Positions 55,772 through 64,000 of a stretch of 64,000 nt of DNA are shown here, in pieces. The stretch is from an uncultured virus (IMG/VR IMGVR_UViG_3300012665_000884). Its lineage: Duplodnaviria; Heunggongvirae; Uroviricota; Caudoviricetes. A program made the position numbers and the translations under genes. Location of the stretch: the IMG/VR virus record IMGVR_UViG_3300012665_000884; one strand, 5' to 3'. The stretch's first letter is position 1, and each line of letters begins with the position of its first letter. The notes under the pieces were generated by a model. That model was not told the DNA's origin and ran no database searches. It saw only the letters and a program-made list of their open reading frames with translations.

Positions 55772-57559
55772 ATGGATATTGTCCATGGTATTAAGGTAGA
55801 ATATAAACGGGATGAATTGTTTGATGAACTTGGGGTAAAACGATTAAAAGAAAGTTACATGAAAGATGAAGAACAATCACCACAAGAGAGATTTGCATTC
55901 GTTTCTGATGCTTTCGGATCTAATGCCGAACATAAACAAAGGCTTTACGAATACTCTAGTAAACATTGGCTTTCATATTCTACTCCTATCTTGTCTTTTG
56001 GCAGGTCTCGTAGGGGTTTGCCTATTAGCTGTTTTCTACCATATCTACACGATAGTGCAGAAGGTTTGGTTGATTGTTTGGCAGAAGTTAACTGGCTAAG
56101 CATGTTAGGAGGCGGCATTGGAATTGGATTGGGTATTCGTTCTGCTGATGATAAGTCCACTGGTATTATGCCTCACTTGCGTACATATGATGCGTCAAGC
56201 CTCGCATATCGCCAAGGTCGTACTCGCCGTGGTTCTTACGCCGCTTATCTTGATATATCTCATCCAGATGTGCCTATCTTTTTGGAAATGAGAAAGCCAA
56301 CTGGTGATCCTAATATGCGTTGCTTGAACTTACATCATGGTATCAACATCACAGATAACTTCATGCAGTTAATTGAAAAGTCTATGCTTGATCCACAATT
56401 TGATGATACATGGGAATTCAAGGATCCATCTTCTGGTGAAGTGCGTGATACAATATCAGCTAAACTATTATGGCAACAAATTCTAGAAATGCGTATGCTT
56501 ACTGGTGAACCATACATTCACTTCATTGATACAAGTAATCGTGCTATGCCAGAATTCCAAAAGAAACTTGGCTTGAAGATTAATCAATCTAATTTGTGTT
56601 CAGAAATTATTCTACCAACAAACAAAGACCGCACTGCTGTGTGTTGCTTGTCGTCAGTTAATTTGGAGTATTTTGATGAATGGAAAAATGATCCATTATT
56701 TCTAAAAGATATGGCAGAGATGTTGGATAATGTGTTACAATACTTCATTGAGAATGCTCCATCTGCAATTTCACGTGCTGTTTATTCTGCTATTCGTGAA
56801 AGAAGTATTGGTATTGGCGCATTAGGATTTCATGCATACTTACAAAAGAATGTTGTACCATTCGAAAGTGCTATTGCTAAATCACTAAACAACAAAATGT
56901 TTAAACACATAAGAGGTAAATTAGATGAAGCTAATCTCGAACTTGGCTCTGAGAGGGGTTCTCCAGAGGATTGCGCTGGTACTGGCCGCAGGTTTGCTCA
57001 TGTTATGGCTATTGCTCCGAATGCTAGTTCGTCTATTCTTATGGGTAACACCAGTCCTTCTATTGAGCCTTATCGTGCTAATGCTTACAGACAAGATACG
57101 CTTAGTGGTTCTTTTTTGAATAAGAACAAATGGCTTGATGCTGTGTTGCGCACAAAGAACTTAACAGAGGATGAATTGTCTGATGTTTGGTCCACTATTA
57201 TTGCCAATGATGGTTCATGCCAACACTTAAACATTCTCACCGATGACGAGAAAGAAGTATTTAAAACTGGCATGGAAATTGACCAACGTTGGGTTGTTGA
57301 ACATGCTGCCGATCGTCAGAAATATATTGACCAAGCACAGTCATTGAATCTATTTTTCCGACCAGATGTAAACATCAAGTATTTACATGCATGTCACTTC
57401 TTGGCATGGAAGAAAGGCTTGAAAACATTGTACTATTGCCGCAGTGAAAAGTTGGCTAAGGCCGACAAAGTATCGAAGCGAATTGAGCGTGAAGTAATTA
57501 AAGAATTAGATATGAGTGCTATTGCTCAAGGTAACGAATGTCTAGCGTGTGAAGGATAA
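55772..57559 (+). CDS. nrdA: Class I ribonucleotide reductase alpha subunit (short, no ATP cone)
   Basis: PISCF, SNLCSEI, VCCLSS, APNASSS, KTLYY, C-terminal CLACEG. Confidence 0.96.
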   Translation: MDIVHGIKVEYKRDELFDELGVKRLKESYMKDEEQSPQERFAFVSDAFGSNAEHKQRLYEYSSKHWLSYSTPILSFGRSRRGLPISCFLPYLHDSAEGLVDCLAEVNWLSMLGGGIGIGLGIRSADDKSTGIMPHLRTYDASSLAYRQGRTRRGSYAAYLDISHPDVPIFLEMRKPTGDPNMRCLNLHHGINITDNFMQLIEKSMLDPQFDDTWEFKDPSSGEVRDTISAKLLWQQILEMRMLTGEPYIHFIDTSNRAMPEFQKKLGLKINQSNLCSEIILPTNKDRTAVCCLSSVNLEYFDEWKNDPLFLKDMAEMLDNVLQYFIENAPSAISRAVYSAIRERSIGIGALGFHAYLQKNVVPFESAIAKSLNNKMFKHIRGKLDEANLELGSERGSPEDCAGTGRRFAHVMAIAPNASSSILMGNTSPSIEPYRANAYRQDTLSGSFLNKNKWLDAVLRTKNLTEDELSDVWSTIIANDGSCQHLNILTDDEKEVFKTGMEIDQRWVVEHAADRQKYIDQAQSLNLFFRPDVNIKYLHACHFLAWKKGLKTLYYCRSEKLAKADKVSKRIEREVIKELDMSAIAQGNECLACEG

Positions 57560-57563
57560 TATT

Positions 57564-58175
57564 ATGTTTAAAGAAACTATGGAAACACTAAGGGTACAAC
57601 GATGGGATGACCACAGGTACTATCACCACAGTCGTATCAACCAATCATTACATTTTTTGTCGTCAATCAGTTTTATGATTGCATACATTTATTTGTTTAT
57701 TGATCCTGTGGTATCAGCATATATTGGATGGTTGGTTGCTATGATGAGTAGACAAGCAGGTCATTTCTTTTTTGAACCAAAAGACTATGACACATATAAT
57801 AGTGCAACACAAGAATATAAAGAAGAAATTAAGATTGGGTATAATCTAAATCGTAAACGTGTGCTAATGGCACTATTCGTAGCAGTACCTATTCTTGCCG
57901 TATTTGATTTGGAGTTTATGAATTATCTTGTACCAGAACAAAATACAGAGACATTTTTGAATCGTGTTGGTATTTGTTGGTTGTGGTTAGGTGTTGGTGC
58001 AATTCTGTTTAGAATGGCACAATTAACAATCAAACAAAGTTTCAAAACTGCTTATGTTTGGTGTATCAAGATTTTGACCGATCCGTTTCATGACTTTATG
58101 ATTTACAGAAAAGCACCATTGTATTTGATGAAAGGTCAATTAATTGATCCTGATCTAAAAAAAGATTACGAATAA
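57564..58175 (+). CDS. Multi-TM membrane protein, Mpo1/DUF962-like
   Basis: YHHSRINQSLH ... RQAGHFFFEPK His pattern and TM segments. Confidence 0.55.
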   Translation: MFKETMETLRVQRWDDHRYYHHSRINQSLHFLSSISFMIAYIYLFIDPVVSAYIGWLVAMMSRQAGHFFFEPKDYDTYNSATQEYKEEIKIGYNLNRKRVLMALFVAVPILAVFDLEFMNYLVPEQNTETFLNRVGICWLWLGVGAILFRMAQLTIKQSFKTAYVWCIKILTDPFHDFMIYRKAPLYLMKGQLIDPDLKKDYE

Positions 58176-58183
58176 GGAATAAA

Positions 58184-58432
58184 ATGAAACAATTATTAAA
58201 ATTCTCAGCAACATGGTGCCAGCCATGTAAATCACTGGCAGGTAATATGAAAAATGTTGATTTTAAAGATGTTGAACTAAAAGAGATTGACATTGATGAA
58301 AACTTAGATGATGCAAAAAAATATGGCATTCGTGGTGTACCAACAATTGTACTATTGAAAGATGGTGTTGAAGTTGGTCGCAAGTCTGGTGTATTGATGG
58401 CAGATAAGATTGAGGAATTCATTCATGGTTAA
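58184..58432 (+). CDS. Thioredoxin
   Basis: FSATWCQPCK, IRGVPT. Confidence 0.92.
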   Translation: MKQLLKFSATWCQPCKSLAGNMKNVDFKDVELKEIDIDENLDDAKKYGIRGVPTIVLLKDGVEVGRKSGVLMADKIEEFIHG

Positions 58433-59417
58433 AAAGAGTTCAACTAGCAGATTAACGGACGAACGTAGTTCATTTAAGCCATTCAACTATCCATGGGCAT
58501 ACGATGCATGGTTAAAGCATGAACAGTCCCACTGGTTGCACACCGAAGTGCCTATGCTTGAAGATGTGAAAGACTGGAAGAAAAAGCTAACCGATGAAGA
58601 GAAACAATTCCTAACACATATCTTCCGTTTCTTCACACAAGGTGATATTGACGTAGCTGGTGGTTATGTTAATAACTATCTACCATACTTCCCTCAACCA
58701 GAAGTGCGAATGATGTTATTAGGTTTCGCCGCACGTGAAGCATTACATGTGGCCGCTTATAGTCACTTGATTGAAACTCTCGGACTGCCAGATACAATGT
58801 ATAATGAATTCATGGCATATCAGGAGATGAAGGACAAGCACGATTATGTAATGGATATATCAGGTAAGAATGGCACTAAAGAAAACACCGCACGACATAT
58901 TGCCGTGTTCTCAGCATTCACTGAGGGTATGCAATTGTTTAGTTCATTCATTATGTTATTGAACTTCCCACGCACAGGTAAGATGAGAGGCATGGGACAG
59001 ATTGTTACTTGGTCGATTGTTGATGAAACAATGCATGCCGAGAACATGATGAAGTTGTTTAAGACTTATATTGCAGAGAACCAAGAAATCTGGAATGATG
59101 AATTAAAATCATCCATATATACTATTGCAGAGCGCATGGTAGAATTGGAAGATAAATTTATTGACCTGGCATTTGGTATGAATGCAATGGAAGGGTTGAC
59201 AAATGAAGAGGTTAAGAAGTATATTAGATACATTGCCGATCGCCGCTTGATTGGCTTGGGTATGAAAGGTATATTTAAAGTTAAACGTAATCCACTGCCA
59301 TGGGTAGAGGAGATGATTAACGCACCAACTCACACAAACTTCTTTGAGAACCGTGCTACAGATTATGCCAAAGGTGCATTGTCTGGTTCATGGGACCAAG
59401 TGTTTCCACAACACTAA
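58425..59417 (+). CDS. nrdB: Ribonucleotide reductase beta subunit
   Basis: FFTQGD, EALHVAAY, EGMQLFSSF, DETMH, NFFENRATDY. Confidence 0.96.
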   Translation: MVKKSSTSRLTDERSSFKPFNYPWAYDAWLKHEQSHWLHTEVPMLEDVKDWKKKLTDEEKQFLTHIFRFFTQGDIDVAGGYVNNYLPYFPQPEVRMMLLGFAAREALHVAAYSHLIETLGLPDTMYNEFMAYQEMKDKHDYVMDISGKNGTKENTARHIAVFSAFTEGMQLFSSFIMLLNFPRTGKMRGMGQIVTWSIVDETMHAENMMKLFKTYIAENQEIWNDELKSSIYTIAERMVELEDKFIDLAFGMNAMEGLTNEEVKKYIRYIADRRLIGLGMKGIFKVKRNPLPWVEEMINAPTHTNFFENRATDYAKGALSGSWDQVFPQH

Positions 59418-59438
59418 TGGTAATAATGTAATTATTGC

Positions 59439-59482
59439 TTGACAAGTGGATCAGGATGACTTATAATTAGTCATCCTTTTTT
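59439..59482 (+). promoter_or_regulatory. Overlapping terminator and sigma70 promoter
   Basis: TTGACA-17 nt-TATAAT, with TATAAT in loop of AGGATGACT/AGTCATCCT followed by T run. Confidence 0.8.
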
Positions 59483-59497
59483 ATATACGGAGTTGTT

Positions 59498-59680
59498 ATG
59501 AAATATTTTTTAGGTCTGATTTTTATTGTTGTACTTGTTGTATTCTTGCCGTTCGTTACAATCTGGTCATTGAACACATTGTTTCCAGTATTGAATATTG
59601 ATTATACTTTTGAGACTTGGCTTGCAACTATTCTATTATCCAGTGGCATATTTGGCAAGAATGTGAGAATTACGAAATGA
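59498..59680 (+). CDS. Small membrane protein
   Basis: Two hydrophobic segments, GGAG RBS. Confidence 0.6.
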   Translation: MKYFLGLIFIVVLVVFLPFVTIWSLNTLFPVLNIDYTFETWLATILLSSGIFGKNVRITK

Positions 59681-59928
59681 GTTATAGTTATGGAATCAAT
59701 AAGATTGATGCCTTTGCGTATGAATCAGGACTATTATGTGATGGTACACCCGATAGTTTCGATAGCAAGGCAATTGAATTATTCGCAGAAAAGATTCTAA
59801 GTGATGTGATAAACATTGTGATGGACGCCGACACCAAAAAAATAACATACACCACATATGATAAAGATGTGGTTGATTCTGTTAAGTTGCGAATCGTTCA
59901 TGCTATCACCAACAGTTACTTAAAATGA
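59677..59928 (+). CDS. Hypothetical protein
   Basis: ATGA-coupled ORF. Confidence 0.55.
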   Translation: MSYSYGINKIDAFAYESGLLCDGTPDSFDSKAIELFAEKILSDVINIVMDADTKKITYTTYDKDVVDSVKLRIVHAITNSYLK

Positions 59929-60158
59929 AAATTGTAGACCTAATTAAGAAATTAGAAGACCTATATTGTACTTACGATGATGAGTACAAACATCATATGG
60001 GCGAGCCTGAGATTATGATTGATTGTTTCGGTATTGATGATACCGGTATTAATATAGAATATCTCGGGTTTATGAAAGAGATTCATATTGAAAAGAGCGC
60101 CGATGGCGTGTATGATATACTAAGAGCATTTGATATAAAGGAACATAAAAATGACTGA
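59925..60158 (+). CDS. Hypothetical protein
   Basis: ATGA-coupled ORF, 77 aa. Confidence 0.55.
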   Translation: MKIVDLIKKLEDLYCTYDDEYKHHMGEPEIMIDCFGIDDTGINIEYLGFMKEIHIEKSADGVYDILRAFDIKEHKND

Positions 60159-60345
60159 ACCAAAAGTTGAACAAAAAGAAGTTAAAGTTAAAGTTGAGAA
60201 AGTACAGCCAAAAGCAATTCAAATTGCTACCAGTACCACAAATACGGGACAAGTATTATTGGTTGTATTGATGGATGATGGCACAATGCACCGCCGCATT
60301 GTTAATAGTGATAGTGGATCATGGGTTGAAGTTCCTGCTGTCTAA
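60151..60345 (+). CDS. Hypothetical protein
   Basis: AAGGA RBS, 64 aa. Confidence 0.55.
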   Translation: MTEPKVEQKEVKVKVEKVQPKAIQIATSTTNTGQVLLVVLMDDGTMHRRIVNSDSGSWVEVPAV

Positions 60346-60665
60346 TGGCTATCCCACTTTATAAGAACGATCCAATCGTTCCTAATTTTGATTTGAGTGT
60401 GAAAGACTATGCTATTGGTGGTCAATTATTCACCATGCGAATGACATTTAATGAGCATGATACGATTGTACTAACGAAAGAACAAATCAAACATAAAATG
60501 GCAATGCAATTGGCTCAGGCTATGGTTGATAATAATGTGATTGAGTTTACCAGACAAGTGGACCATTTAACATTAAATGTTAACATTCATGCCCGTTGCT
60601 ATATGGCACCCGATTCACAAGTAAAGATACTAAGAATCCATGAAGCAAGTATCAATCACCGTTGA
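60345..60665 (+). CDS. Hypothetical protein
   Basis: Coupled ORF, 106 aa. Confidence 0.55.
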   Translation: MAIPLYKNDPIVPNFDLSVKDYAIGGQLFTMRMTFNEHDTIVLTKEQIKHKMAMQLAQAMVDNNVIEFTRQVDHLTLNVNIHARCYMAPDSQVKILRIHEASINHR

Positions 60666-60901
60666 AAATGTTACGCCGCAAGCCTGCAACGAAGAACTAT
60701 AAGGGAGAATACAATTGAGTGAAATTTCAAATAACGAAGCCACTGTACTTAAATGGTTGATGATTAAGAATATGGTCCTTATTGTTACCACGGCATTCTC
60801 GGTATACTATATCTCACCATGGATGTTTTGTATGTTGTTGTGTTATACTACATACTCCCGCAAAGAGGGTGAGGAGAAACATCTATGATAAAGGACTGGT
60901 G

Positions 60902-61135
60902 ATGGAGAAAACAAAGGCAGTACCACAAACAGATTGCGATAAAGAATGTAAATTCTTATTTGGATCAGAGTTTAAGACAATGGTGTATTATCAACCAATG
61001 TATGATAAACAAGGCAATTTGATTAGTAAAGATGGTAATACTATCAGTGGCGCATGTAATTGTATCGTGTGCAATAAGCACTGGACATATATTTGTGCCC
61101 ACGACAATACAAATTTTACAGAATGGAGTAAGTGA
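60902..61135 (+). CDS. Small Cys-containing (possible zinc-ribbon) protein
   Basis: AAGGA RBS; CDKEC and CIVCNKHW. Confidence 0.5.
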   Translation: MEKTKAVPQTDCDKECKFLFGSEFKTMVYYQPMYDKQGNLISKDGNTISGACNCIVCNKHWTYICAHDNTNFTEWSK

Positions 61136-61335
61136 TGGATACAGGTATATTAAGTAAGGTGTGGGAATTAACAATTCAAGCACAGGATCCAAATTTAACA
61201 GGATTCTATACGTATGAGAAAAAGAAAACGTTGTGGATGATTAAGAAGATTATTGATAATGAATTGCCTAAATTGCCTACTCATATGGGCGAAAAGGAAT
61301 GGTTGAAAGAACAGGGTATTAAAAATGGAAATTGA
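61132..61335 (+). CDS. Hypothetical protein
   Basis: Coupled ORF, 67 aa. Confidence 0.55.
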   Translation: MMDTGILSKVWELTIQAQDPNLTGFYTYEKKKTLWMIKKIIDNELPKLPTHMGEKEWLKEQGIKNGN

Positions 61336-61537
61336 TGGCGCATTAAACTTTTTTGGTTGTTCGGTGTTTATTGCACTAGGAATTATTGCTGTTGGTATTG
61401 CAGTATTGGTAGTTAATAACCTGTTTATGAAATACTGGAAGCCAATTCCACTCTGGACATTTACTCAATATAAATTTGTTGAGCATGATGCGACTGCAAA
61501 CACCACAATTGATAAGACACAAGAGCCTCGGCTGTGA
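61325..61537 (+). CDS. Small single-TM protein
   Basis: Hydrophobic N-half, KYWKPI. Confidence 0.55.
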   Translation: MEIDGALNFFGCSVFIALGIIAVGIAVLVVNNLFMKYWKPIPLWTFTQYKFVEHDATANTTIDKTQEPRL

Positions 61538-61773
61538 ATGAACAACAACTAACTGATATATGGAATGGAATGGTTGCAGTATATGGTGATGAATTGCCTG
61601 ATCCTGACCATTGCCCACGACAATTCAAACACTATTTAAAGTTATTCATGCGTTTTCACTATATGAAATAGCGTTTGCTATTAGAGATTGTAGTCTAGAG
61701 AATATTAGCGTTTCTACTAATACGGATGATATATAATTGTATGCGTTGCTCCTTTTGAGAACGCTATAATTAA

Positions 61774-61917
61774 ATGCTTAAAAAGATTTTAAACTTATTC
61801 AAAAATTCATACCAGTATGACCTGGAACAATTCATTCTATCCCGTAATCCACAAAATGAATGGGATGTTGAGAATGCTATCAAACAATATAATACAAGAA
61901 ATGGATGTTTCCTATGA
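61774..61917 (+). CDS. Small hypothetical protein (47 aa, not in ORF track)
   Basis: MLKKILNLFKNSYQYDLEQFILSRNPQNEWDVENAIKQY... Confidence 0.45.
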   Translation: MLKKILNLFKNSYQYDLEQFILSRNPQNEWDVENAIKQYNTRNGCFL

Positions 61918-61996
61918 GAATTCTAATTGATATTATCACTGAGATTAAAGAACTAATGAGTACGGTGAAAATCGCTTACCAATAAAGGATATTACA

Positions 61997-62224
61997 ATGG
62001 ACTACACTAAACTAAACGAAAAAACAAAATCATTGACCATTTCAATGATTGATGCCCAAGAGAAGGCATTCAAAACAACTATCTCCGCCTTCGAGAAATT
62101 CTTGGGTGCCGAATCTGCTACATATATGTATGGTATAATCAAAGTAGCGGAAGAAGTATCGAATAATGCAAGAAAAATCGTTGAAGAAAGCCAGGGCTTT
62201 ACTTATGCAGGAAATACAAAATAA
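61997..62224 (+). CDS. Small helical protein, weakly phasin-like
   Basis: AAGGA RBS; amphipathic helices. Confidence 0.45.
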   Translation: MDYTKLNEKTKSLTISMIDAQEKAFKTTISAFEKFLGAESATYMYGIIKVAEEVSNNARKIVEESQGFTYAGNTK

Positions 62225-62432
62225 TACCAGTTATTTTAGTCCTGTTGTACGTAACGGTTGGATAATAAAATTCTCTGTATATAAGAACTCAGATATATTA
62301 TTGTTATTCACATCAAAGTATACCGGACAAACGATAGTCCGATACTTCACCGAAGAAGATGATGCGGTAGATTTTATTAACATGATAACTGTTAAAGATT
62401 CTACAATCTTCCAAGACCACGCAGACTTCTAA
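62205..62432 (+). CDS. Hypothetical protein
   Basis: RNGWIIKFS...YFTEEDDAVDFIN; start uncertain (62166 alternative). Confidence 0.5.
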   Translation: MQEIQNNTSYFSPVVRNGWIIKFSVYKNSDILLLFTSKYTGQTIVRYFTEEDDAVDFINMITVKDSTIFQDHADF

Positions 62433-62445
62433 CTGGTAAACATTC

Positions 62446-62484
62446 AACCCACCCATTGCGGTGGGTTTCTTTTTGTGCTATAAT
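62446..62484 (+). promoter_or_regulatory. Overlapping terminator and sigma70 promoter
   Basis: AACCCACC/GGTGGGTT stem then T-rich tail; TTGCGG-17 nt-TATAAT with TGn. Confidence 0.65.
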
Positions 62485-62490
62485 AAGCAC

Positions 62491-62835
62491 ATGAACAAGC
62501 CAATCAAATACATTGTCGCTGGTAATTATACTGAGTACCAAGCATATGTGCGCAGTAAGCCAAGAGAAAAATACTATTACAAGTATGTCTCGGAACCAGA
62601 GAAACTATGTGGACTATCCAGTGTCGAAGGATATTATATAGGCACATATATGGACCGACCTGATATTGATGAAATAAAGGTTCGTATTGCCATTATCAAA
62701 TCAAGACAAAGTAAAAAAACTGGATATAGGGCATTAAAAGATCCGGCTAATATTGAGATGCTCCGTAAAGAATTGTATGCCGAGATTGATAAGTTTAATT
62801 CTGGATTGATGAGTGGAGTGAATAATGAAGTTTAA
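62491..62835 (+). CDS. Hypothetical protein
   Basis: ATG just after the promoter; 114 aa. Confidence 0.55.
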   Translation: MNKPIKYIVAGNYTEYQAYVRSKPREKYYYKYVSEPEKLCGLSSVEGYYIGTYMDRPDIDEIKVRIAIIKSRQSKKTGYRALKDPANIEMLRKELYAEIDKFNSGLMSGVNNEV

Positions 62836-63457
62836 AAAGTATGAAGGTCAAACTCTGACCAATGCCACGGTGTCATATAAAATTGATGGTGTTCGTGCCC
62901 ACAATACACCCGATGGTCCTGTATCCCGTGCAGGTAAGCCATTATATAATCTAACACTACCTGATGATATTGAAGTCGCTGAGATATATGGTGGTACCTG
63001 GGAACAAACTATTAGTATGGTTCGGACACAGGTAGGCGCACCAGTGCCGGAATCAGCCATATATTCATTACGCCCTAACATCGACAAGAGATTGGTTATT
63101 GGTGTATATGACACAATTACACCAATGGAAGTGGCTCACCTATTTGATGTAGCCAAATTACAAAAACTTGAGGGACTGATTATCGAATCGGAAGGACTAT
63201 TATATAAAGTAAAAGGCACCGAAACGTTTGATGTACCAGTTATTGGTGTACAGGAAGGCACTGGTCGTAACCTTGGACGCATGGGTGCATTACTAACACC
63301 GATGGGCAAAGTTGGTGGTGGTTTTACTGATGCACACCGCGAGTTATATTACAAAGATATTATCGGTAAGATTATCGAGGTTGAATGTATGGAACTAACA
63401 CCCGATGGTAAGTTTAGACACCCAAGATTTGTACGCCTACGTGAGGACAAAGCATAA
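62825..63457 (+). CDS. Minimal ATP-dependent DNA ligase
   Basis: YKIDGVRA, EGLII, YKVK, OB domain GRMGAL, FRHPRFVRLREDK. Confidence 0.85.
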   Translation: MKFKKYEGQTLTNATVSYKIDGVRAHNTPDGPVSRAGKPLYNLTLPDDIEVAEIYGGTWEQTISMVRTQVGAPVPESAIYSLRPNIDKRLVIGVYDTITPMEVAHLFDVAKLQKLEGLIIESEGLLYKVKGTETFDVPVIGVQEGTGRNLGRMGALLTPMGKVGGGFTDAHRELYYKDIIGKIIEVECMELTPDGKFRHPRFVRLREDKA

Positions 63458-64000
63458 TGTTTGTATTTGATGTTGAAACACTAGGTGTAGAATCCAATTC
63501 TGTTGTCCTATCCATGGCGTGTGTATATTTCAATCCGAAAGATACACCAAGTCACCAAGAATTAAAAGACACCTCATTCTTCTGTAAGTTTGATGTAAGT
63601 GACCAAGTTAAACGATTCGACAGGAAGATTGACCGAGATACTATTGCATGGTGGAAGAAACAATGCAAGAATGCACAGATTAAGTCCTTCATTCCAAATA
63701 AGGAGTGGGATATACCATTTGAAGCCGGACACAGTGCCATGAAAGAATGGGTAAAATCAAAGAACGATCCTGATTGTTATGTCTGGGCACGTGGTGGACT
63801 GGATGATGTTGTACTATCAAGTATGGAACGAGCCACTGGTTGTGAGAATATCTTTTCATATAATAGGTGGAGGGATGTGCGTACCGCTGTTGATTACATG
63901 TACAATAGGACCAATGGATATACCGATACGGAAGTACCAGCCTGGGTGGATGATTTTAATAGTCAACTACATATCACGAAACATAATCCAGTTGATGATT
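63457..64000 (+). CDS. DEDD-family 3'-5' exonuclease, truncated by window end
   Basis: MFVFDVETLG, TIAWW, VWARGGLD, RWRDVRT, HNPVDD. Confidence 0.8.
   Translation, partial: MFVFDVETLGVESNSVVLSMACVYFNPKDTPSHQELKDTSFFCKFDVSDQVKRFDRKIDRDTIAWWKKQCKNAQIKSFIPNKEWDIPFEAGHSAMKEWVKSKNDPDCYVWARGGLDDVVLSSMERATGCENIFSYNRWRDVRTAVDYMYNRTNGYTDTEVPAWVDDFNSQLHITKHNPVDD

Noticed and set aside
1062..63740. Many minus-strand ORFs in the track (e.g. 19996-20679, 17852-18397, 16372-16884)
   Set aside because: They are antisense shadows of well-supported plus-strand genes, with no recognisable motifs
1..64000. Stop-codon reassignment, CRISPR array, rRNA, integrase or reverse transcriptase
   Set aside because: Core genes are full length in the standard code, and no such features were recognised

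Overview
This window is a 64-kb segment of a large T4-like myophage genome. It is AT-rich, uses the standard genetic code, and essentially every real gene is on the + strand. Gene order is: head module (gp67 end, gp68, gp21, gp22, gp23); gp3, uvsY, uvsW; gp55, gp47, gp46; peptide deformylase; a TAGT-type DNA glycosyltransferase pair; CobT/vWA with CobS/MoxR; gp45, gp44, gp62, an HNH gene, regA; hsp20; nucleotide-metabolism genes and one tRNA(CAT); gp43, uvsX, gp41; a late region holding a 10-gene sugar-modification island and many putative capsid-internal proteins; a lysis cassette (spanins, GH19 endolysin); primase, thyX, nrdA, trx, nrdB; small early genes, a minimal DNA ligase and a truncated DEDD exonuclease. 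The spanins imply a diderm host. The main observations are: (1) at least 8 late proteins start with a T4 capsid-targeting-like sequence, and several look like polyproteins whose modules (a HicA RNase toxin, a His-rich nucleotidyltransferase, a P-loop kinase) sit between gp21-type cleavage sites, alongside a similarly tagged ligase-like protein, suggesting a packaged and injected effector kit; (2) a 260-nt hsp20 leader with tandem H-type pseudoknots and a ROSE-like thermometer; (3) sigma70 promoters repeatedly embedded in hairpins, plus one near-consensus antisense promoter; (4) an overprinted ORF. All calls come from motif recognition and synteny by eye; no searches were run.
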